Made by a program: the position numbers and the translations under genes. A stretch of 58,879 nucleotides of DNA, filler included, from Sphacelaria rigidula (lineage: Eukaryota): the NCBI GenBank assembly GCA_964200075.2. It is 7 parts of 7 records of this genome, joined end to end, with 100 filler letters (N's around TTAATTAATTAA, not from the genome) between each part and the next. Parts side by side here need not be neighbours in the genome. Positions count along the whole stretch, not along the records: positions 50,555 to 58,879 come from CAXNAA020011518.1; 6 more parts are not named here. One strand, 5' to 3'. Below are positions 51,370 to 58,879 of the stretch, piece after piece; within the stretch, counting starts at the first letter, position 1; the number at the start of each line of letters is the position of its first letter. The notes under the pieces are model-generated. The model had not been told where the DNA came from and did not search any database. It saw only the letters and a program-made list of their open reading frames with translations.

Positions 51370-51845
51370 GTATATGAACTAAGGGGCAAGAAGATTAATC
51401 ACTTTCAACATTTGTTTCTGCGTGTCGGATCCCACGCAGGTAACGGTGCAATATGCGGGATATGCCCAGCTGACGCTGTTCGCAATGAATCTCTTTTTGC
51501 CCAATTTTCGGATGAATTGGAGAGCAAAGTGGAGATTTATTTCGAGCTTCTTCTGCTTTCCAAATTCCAAATCTGCCGGTGTGCATGGGATTTGTGCAGC
51601 AGAAAAAGCTGTTCGAAATAGATAACGTTTTGCTCAATTTAAGTGGACGAATAAAAATGATCTATTTTGAACAGGTTCTTCTGCTGTTCTGAATAAATCC
51701 TTTTTTGCCCAAATGAATTGGGCAAGAAGAGAATCTGTTTTGAATAGCTTCTCCTGCTGTCCGAGATAAATTCCGTGTTGACCTATTTATTTGGGCAAAA
51801 AAAGGACTTATCTCGGACAGCAGGAAAAGCTATTCAAAATAATTA
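51370..51845. repeat. Array of short direct and inverted motifs (TTTTTGCCCAA / TTGGGCAA, AAAGCT.TTC.AAA), TE subterminal-like
   Basis: Motifs recur in both orientations; outer inverted match 50753-50800 vs 52030-52078. Confidence 0.5.
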
Positions 51846-52649
51846 AATTTACAGATTTTGTACCAAAACAAATCGAATATTTCCAAAAACAAAAATGAAA
51901 TTTTCAAAATTGGGAGGGTCTCTCCACAGGGTTACGTGCAGGGTTTCGACAAAAACGCTATGCGAAATGCTAGTAGAGGTACTAGGGTTTGCAACTGCAA
52001 TGCAGGGTTTCTCACAAAAGACTGTGAAGAACCTTGTGCAGCACGTCCGAGAGGGTGCTATCTGTCCACGTGTGTGTATTGCAGACGCCCATCGCATAGC
52101 TATTGTGCAGCCAATAGCTCTATATTTGAAACGCTCGCGGAGGACATATAGACCGCTTCTGGACTCAGAACAAGATCACAAGACTGCTCCAAGGGCTTCC
52201 TCCCTCACTAGGGCTTGGAGACTTCAAGGCAGATGTTGTTAACATGACACAGTCTTCGTTATCGGAAGTATCTTGCTGCACCTCCGTGGACACATACAAT
52301 GTCAAGCAGTCATGGAAATACTCCAGAGAATATACCATGACCTAATGCCACAACATAAACCTCACATCCACATCTCCTGCACCAACCTGCAGCTCATCAT
52401 GTACCTTTACGTGTACTAGAGGTGGACTACTCTACAGCACCCCCAAAACTCCGCCCGACCGCCGAAAAACGTTCGCTCTGTTCCGTACAAGCTCACGAAT
52501 CTGGCTCACGCCGCTCTCCGATATGCCGTTATCCGCGGCGGCTTGTACCGTCTCCTCCGGCGCAACAAGCTTTTGTTCCGGGGATATGCTTATCGCCAGA
52601 CTTCTTGACAACAACCGCTCGACTGAGGAGTTAACGGGCTCCGCCTGCC

Positions 52650-53204
52650 CTATGGTTGCTGTAAAGCGTCAACCGCCATACTGACACGCCGACAGTCCGT
52701 AAAATCAGGCGTGTTTACACCTCGCACCGAAGTGTTTCTTGCACGTGCACAGGCACCTAAACTACTGCACACTTCAATGCCCAGCGCGCCCAGCATAGGA
52801 CTCCCCATGATTATCACATCATCTGTACCCGGCATGACCGCATATGAAGATAGGTCCAGCACTACCGATCTCCAGCTGGTGTGTAAAGCGGTTCGGACAG
52901 GGCAAGGTTTCTGCATCACGCGCTCAACATTGCCGATAGCTAGTTTCACCAGCTGTCCGTGAACCGTCGGTGTGACTACTCGAACATCTGGAACCATAGC
53001 TTGCAATTTCGCCGCTACACCCACTGACATGGTCGTAGTTCCAGATCCCGAGTCTAAAATGGCCTTGACCGGGCAAACACCCTGTGCCCCTGCACTCGGT
53101 ACAGACAAGTCGGCGAGACACCACATTTCCTCTTTTTCTACGCGTAAACCCTCAGATTGAAAAACGGATACCTCGCCCGGTTTAAGCGATCTCCACGACG
53201 ACAC
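52650..53204 (-). pseudogene. Retroviral-type aspartic protease (VKAILDSGSGTTTMS...DVIIMGSPML)
   Basis: D-S-G catalytic motif and downstream hydrophobic-G motif following gag. Confidence 0.82.
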
Positions 53205-53216
53205 CGCCTCAAATGT

Positions 53217-54354
53217 TCAGCGCGGGACTGTTGCCTCCGATACAGTCTGCTGTACGCCACGAGTAGAAACGACCGGTTCTGGCGGCAGCATCACCCCACT
53301 GCTGGGAGCACCCCCTCCATCGATTGACAATACAGCCCTTGTAGGGTCAGGACTCTTGCCCCCTCCTCGAGGCACCTGTCCAGGGCCCTGCGACAGCTGC
53401 CGTTGTTGCTGCGTGTCGCCGGCCTTCGACTGTCCACCTACAGCATGTTGTGGAGCAGCAGCTTGGCTTTGCTGCTTGCAATCGTTCACGAAGTGGCCCT
53501 TGTCTTCACATGAGAAACAACCTGCACAGCTTGGGCCCGGTTTCCGAGATTTCTCTGAACTGGCTGTCTCACTGCCAGTGATCGCCGTTTTTCCACCATT
53601 CGGTTCGAGCTTTGACCCGGAGATCCAGCTGCCGCTCTTCGGTTTCAGCTGCGGCTGGTCACGGCGCTGTTTATCAGCTGCTTCCACCGCCCTCCATGCC
53701 TCTGCTGCTTTCCGAGCCGTATCATACACGAGCCTAGGGTCCTCTTCTCCTCCCCCTCATGTGTAACATGTTGAACACTTTTGTCTTAAATTTCAGGGGG
53801 GACATGCCGGCGAGCAGTTCCCGCGTAATATTTTGAATGGATCCTGCTTCGAACATCTCGTCCTCGCGGAACGCGCGCTCGATGCTCGCAATTTCAGCAA
53901 AAACCTCCTCTAGGGCACCCCACCGTCCCGTGATTCTACCCATGGCAGTCGGCTCGTTGCCAGCGGCCAACGCCTTCCGCACACCAGCTGCAGCAGCTGA
54001 AGGAAAGACGTATGTATCAATCCAACATTTTGCATGTCGGCCTAGTGCCTCCTTCAGATATTCATCATCGAGTATCGATCCGTCAAATATTGTACGTGAC
54101 AGACAAGCGCGAATGTGCTTCGGCACAAGCTCTGTCACGGATAATAGAGCGGCCTGTACTGTACGCCGCTAATTGCTCAATTGTACAGTTTCTTTGTCAT
54201 TCTTATGCTTTTGAGAAAACCGTCTCGATGCATCTCCACTGAAATGACGTCCGTACTCCGGTGCTTTTAGCGATCCACTTGGCGTAAGTTCAGTAAATTT
54301 AAACGTCACCTCATCGCCTGCATCGCTCACACCACCTTTCCTGTGCGCTGCCAT
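53217..54354 (-). pseudogene. Gag with CX2CX4HX4C zinc knuckle (CFSCEDKGHFVNDC), disrupted
   Basis: ORF fragments 54354-54169, 54138-53734, 53729-53217 separated by a stop and a frameshift. Confidence 0.8.
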
Positions 54355-54764
54355 TCGTCCTTAGCTGCAGGGCAATGCTTCCAGCCAACGTATCCGCCCC
54401 TCCGTTGTTCAACGAGCTGCCTAGCGTTACAGACTGCACACCTGTCTGTGTACAATGCAAAAATAGTTTTGCAGAAAATCTCCGCAGCTGAAAACAAATC
54501 CCTAGAAACCAGCGGGTTCCCTGAAAAAAGATGTCTATTATATATAGATACCTCCTGGACTCAGAACAAGATCACAAGACTGCTCCAAGGGCTTCCTCTC
54601 TCACTAGGGCTTGGAGACTTCAAGACAGATGTTATTCACAAAACACAGTCTTCGTTATCGGAATTAACCTGCTGCACCTTCGTGGACACCTACAATGTCA
54701 AACAGTCATAGCCATACTCCAGAGAATATCCCATGACCTAATACCATAACGTGAAACTCATATC

Positions 54765-55067
54765 GAGTCATCCTACGATAGGGGGGGAGGGGGATATTTT
54801 GGGCCACTTCTTGCACGAAATTCCAAGACAAATCGCCGCTGAAATCAGCAACGGTTGATCGAACGAGCGTATTATAGATAAATAACGCTCACTTGTACCG
54901 ATTGACACCGTTTTGAACCAAATACAAGCGCATCGCGAGTGCGGCAGGTCATCTGACACACTTATCAGCCTTTTTTTCGTGCAATCAATTCCCCTCCCCC
55001 CCCTATCGTAGGACAAGGCAAGCAACAAATGAGTACGCCCCCCCCCACCCCTATCGTAGGATGACTC
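54765..55067. mobile_element. Sola-like MITE family 1 inserted in one LTR
   Basis: TIR GAGTCATCCTACGATAGGGG, TSD TATC; absent from the partner LTR. Confidence 0.92.
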
Positions 55068-55441
55068 TATCCACATTCCCTGCACCAACATGCAGCTCAT
55101 CATGCACCTATACCTGTACTGGGGGGGTGCTATTCTACAGACTATATCGAGCGTTTTCTTCATCTGGTGATATATCTTTCAATGGTGCCCGCGAACATGA
55201 AACTGCCCACCATACTGATTCCTACACACTTTCCAATATGCATATTGAATCACCAACATATATATATATATATTGCTACACCAATATGTATTGTGATGGT
55301 CGGCTCCCTCGTGTATTGTTCGCCCAATATAAAGTGGACGCATTGACGCACGGCATATTGGGGCGGCAATATATATTGGCGCTTCGGGTGTTGAGTACAT
55401 TGAATCGTCAATATATATTGACCTCGTGTGGCAGCCAATAA

Positions 55442-55900
55442 CAACATATTCGTGAGATTCAGAGCGTAATATCGGATTCAGAGTGAATGCTCTAGCGTTC
55501 CTCACACGCAACTCTTTTTTTGTTGTTGCTTGAGCACACGTTCTGTGCATGCGGCTACCGTAAAGTACCCCATTCGAGGAATTCGGCGGTCTGGTTGGTG
55601 AGATACCGCACAAAACATTTTTACGCCTGGGGGGGGGCATTTCGGCCTAGAACTGCTTCAGGCACTAATCGGTTTTCCCTGAAAGAGGGGATCTTTTGTT
55701 GCAATGTACTGACTACGTCGTTGCGATCAAGTGATGTGTCAAATTGATCGTGTAGGTGACAGCTTTTATTGAAGCCACCGCTTCACCAGCTGGGCGCATT
55801 AATCCTCGAACTGTGGCGATGTCAAAATCGACGGGAAAGTCCATTGTTTCGGGTCTCACTCTGAATCCGATGTTACACTCTGAATCTCACGAATATAGTG
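55442..55900. mobile_element. TIR element with ~45-bp TIRs, right end CACTA-like
   Basis: ATATTCGTGAGATTCAGAG.GTAA.ATCGGATTCAGAGTG inverted at both ends; TSD not evident. Confidence 0.6.
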
Positions 55901-56260
55901 TTCAATATGTTACTCGACGAGTATTTATTGGTGCCTTACCGCACCAACATATTACTCGGCCAAATATATATTGAGGTGACGTGTGTCGTGATATATTATT
56001 CGGTCGATATGTATTCCATGTCGCGAGCCTTGACATATTGATGACACAATATATGTCGACTTGTCTCTTGTGCCATCATATTGCTCGCCCAATATATATT
56101 GACCACCCGACGCGTCGACATGTTGAGTGAGCGATACATGTTGCACATTGTTTTGTCCAGGGTGTGAAATATATAGGCTCGAATTGCGCTGTTACATTAC
56201 AGTAGTAGTGGGCGGTCTAAATATTCATTTTGAGGCATTTCGTGATTTCTTCGTGATTGG

Positions 56261-56816
56261 CAGGGGATATACACGCTACATGTTCATGTTCACGTTACGT
56301 TCATCACGTGAAAAAAATTGCCGTTCACGTTACGTGACGTGTGTCACGTAAAAAATATATAACTTACGTTAACGTTACATTTGAAAAATTGACGTAACGT
56401 TCACGTTACGTTCATCACGTAAAACAATTTCAACGTTCACGTTACGTTCCGGCCAAAACGTAACGTGAACGTGACGTGTAATGCTATGGCACGTGTAACG
56501 CGTATAGCCTTGACTATACATGTACACGTTCACGTTCACGTTCACGTTCACGTTCACGTTACGTTCAACACGTGAAAACAATTTTACGTTCACGTTACGC
56601 GACGTGTGTCACGTAAGAAAAATATAACGTTTCCTTAACGTTATATTTGAAAAGTTTACGTTACGTTTACGTTACGTTCATCACGTTGAAAAATTCAAAC
56701 GTTACGTCAACGTTACATTCGAAAAGTTGATGTTACGTTTACGTTACGTTAATCACGTTCAATTTAACGTGAACGTTACGTGTAACGCTGTGGCACGTGT
56801 AACGTGTATATCCCTG
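56261..56816. mobile_element. hAT-type MITE dimer built from CACGTTACGTT repeats; partial, interrupted copy at 58120-58572
   Basis: CAGGG(G)ATATACACG ... CGTGTATATCCCTG; 8-bp flanks GTGATTGG / GTAATTGG; internal end-like junction near 56511. Confidence 0.8.
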
Positions 56817-57729
56817 GTAATTGGCGATTTTCTTGGACTCTTTTCGCTTGCCATCGCTTATCACATTGGGGATCTGAAGATATTTTTATCTTCTCCACAT
56901 TCCAAGAAACAAGCATAATCTGCTCTCAATATTGAGTGACGTACGGGCTGATCGGTCATCGAGGGTCCTGCGACGTTTCAGCCCACATTCTTACTCTTCG
57001 GTATTTTCGGTCGATCGAGCCGATCCCGATCATATTTTTGAAAAATTCTAGAGTTTCATTTTTTCAAAATTCTACGTACTCATTGCACTAGAGCCGAAAA
57101 ATTGTGTTTCACGGTCAATAACACCCTCCTGATGAACCGGGTATTCACTCGTTTCGCTCGATAACCCCAACTAGCACTGACTTGGGCACTTCGTTTCGAG
57201 GACGATCTCTTTATTGTACTAAAATCTATCGACGCTAGCAATTTCGAGTTCTATCGAACAGTAGTACGCGAGGGAAACCCCTAAACCCGCTGAAGAGTCA
57301 GACCGGCCACTACTGTAGACAGAATAGCAGAGGTTTGGACAGTAACAGTCAAGCCACCTCGCGATGTGCAGCGAAGAAGAAAACGTCGGATGGTTTTCCG
57401 GGGCGCTTCACTTGGCCATAACAAAATCAAAAATAGCCTCGTTTGCACGCAGAGAGCTGGAGGAAAACTGGGTAAGCTTGGGACCATGAGAGCGGTGGCG
57501 ATCGAGATCAAACCTCATCGCTCATCACTTCATGGAACAAAATTCCAAGTCTGTAGACGTACGCCCAACGAAGCTATATCCTCCGGTTCAACTACTACTG
57601 CAGCTGACGCGGTAGCCTTGCCAGCTCTTAGCAGATCTATTGCAATCCTACACACAAGATATCCTTCAACTTATGTGGCCTGGGTACTCTGCTGGAGTGT
57701 CTTTCAGGGACAAATCATGGCAACACGCC

Positions 57730-57840
57730 CACTCACTCAGACAAGTAGCCTATACATTACGATAAATAAAAACTCACTCAGACAAGTAGCATATAAAAAA
57801 ACTCACTCAGACAGGTAGCCTATACATTACGACAAATAAG
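57730..57840. repeat. Minisatellite (ACTCACTCAGACAAGTAGC...) x3
   Basis: Three tandem copies visible. Confidence 0.8.
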
Positions 57841-58149
57841 GTACTCCGTAAAAACGATACATGGTTCGTGATTTCCTTGATCCGTCATAACTTGTGCCGC
57901 TCATCTTTGCTGCGACGACTTCATCATCTAGATTATCAACACCCCCTCATGAATGAGGTATCGTTGTCAAAGAAAGCTAGTGTACTCAACACAGTAAGTG
58001 TAGTAAGCAATGCAGTCAGACGAAACAAAATTTATTAATCTGTTGTACCATTCATCAGTCGTACTGTGCTTTCATTTTTCTACAAGCGCCAGTGCGAACT
58101 GGTTAGGCCTGAAATTTTCCAGGGGTATACACGTTACACGTTCACGTTC

Positions 58150-58411
58150 GACAGTTTGAACGATATTCCCCCCTCCCCCCCCCAAAAAAAAAAATCCAAA
58201 ATGTGTTTTAAAAAAAAAGATCACAGAGCGCCTTGTGTTTGGGTTCAGGCAGTATGAAGCGCCTCATATGGGCGACATTGGCGACAACGAACCCAAGCGT
58301 GGGAATTCCCAGCTGGTCGTTGTGCTCGGTTTTTTCCATTTCTATTTCGTCAAGATTGTGCCTCCTCAAACCAAGCACGTTTTGGGGGAAGGGGCTATCA
58401 TGGAAAGTGTC
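58150..58411. mobile_element. Sola-like MITE family 2 inserted in a CACGTT-repeat element
   Basis: TIR GACACTTTCCA(C/T)GATAGCCCC, TSD GTTC; same interior at 19670-19918, 14934-15216, 5974-6322. Confidence 0.82.
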
Positions 58412-58879
58412 GTTCGTTCACGTTACGTTCATCACGTAAAGGTTTTTTAACGTTCACGTTACGTTACGTGTGGAACGTTAAAACAACTTAACGTTACGTT
58501 ACGTTTCACTTGAAGGTATAACGTTACGTTCATCACGTGAAAAAAAAGTTAACGTGACGTTTCGGCCAAAACACTAGTTGTTAGGAGGGACGGAACTGGT
58601 GGGGGTGATGTCGGCCACCTGACGGTTTTTCATGCTTCAAAGTTCATCCAGCGCACTTGCTCTCCACATTTTTGCATAAATAGAGAGGTATCTCAAACTC
58701 GGCGTCCCGGTATCCTGGTATGATTTGGCTCTCCCCATCCCGGAACCAATGTAAGGATATCTCCGAAAACCGTTGGAGTTATGTCAAACTGGGTTCCTGC
58801 ATTACTTTCACTTGAAAAATAAATAACAGCCAATTTTAAATTTTGGGGTTCATACAAAATATGGGGTTGAAGTGGCATT

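Larger units (their letters stand above)
52146..55139 (-). mobile_element. Non-autonomous Gypsy-type LTR retrotransposon (gag + protease only)
   Basis: Direct repeats ~52146-52436 and ~54532-55139 starting TGTAGA on minus strand; G-rich PPT-like tract at 52437-52456; CCHC knuckle and DSG protease; no RT, RNase H or integrase. Confidence 0.88.

Noticed and set aside
57481-57660. Copia RNase H-like wording (NSKSVDVR...QLLADLL)
   Set aside because: Stops in frame, no upstream RT/RNase H motifs or LTR; may be chance.

Overview
This is eukaryotic, repeat-rich nuclear DNA, most likely from a brown alga (Phaeophyceae) or related photosynthetic stramenopile. That call rests on short GT-AG exons in long repeat-filled introns and a signal peptide + ASAFAP-type plastid presequence. 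It is not one locus: seven unrelated contigs of 8326, 8326, 8326, 8326, 8325, 8325 and 8325 bp are joined by 100-bp N44-TTAATTAATTAA-N44 linkers, so nothing can be inferred across linkers. Almost all listed six-frame ORFs are spurious. Real coding signal lies in spliced exons: a C3HC4 RING-finger gene, a small Lys/Glu-rich dehydrin-like gene, an IQ-motif exon, plastid KAS III (fabH), the methylthiotransferase CDK5RAP1/MiaB, and a tentative Cys-rich gene. The rest is mobile DNA: a decayed LINE with a (CAAT)n tail, a gag-protease-only LTR retroelement, a tRNA-derived SINE, hAT-type MITEs (8-bp TSD), several Sola-like MITE families (4-bp TSD) sharing a TIR motif, and satellites. The most unusual item is an 11-copy, 75-105 bp structured mini-element that ends in poly(C), sits in G/C homopolymer runs, is 5'-truncated in some copies and is flanked by target duplications of about 12 to 135 bp. 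All calls are by eye; no database search or folding program was run.
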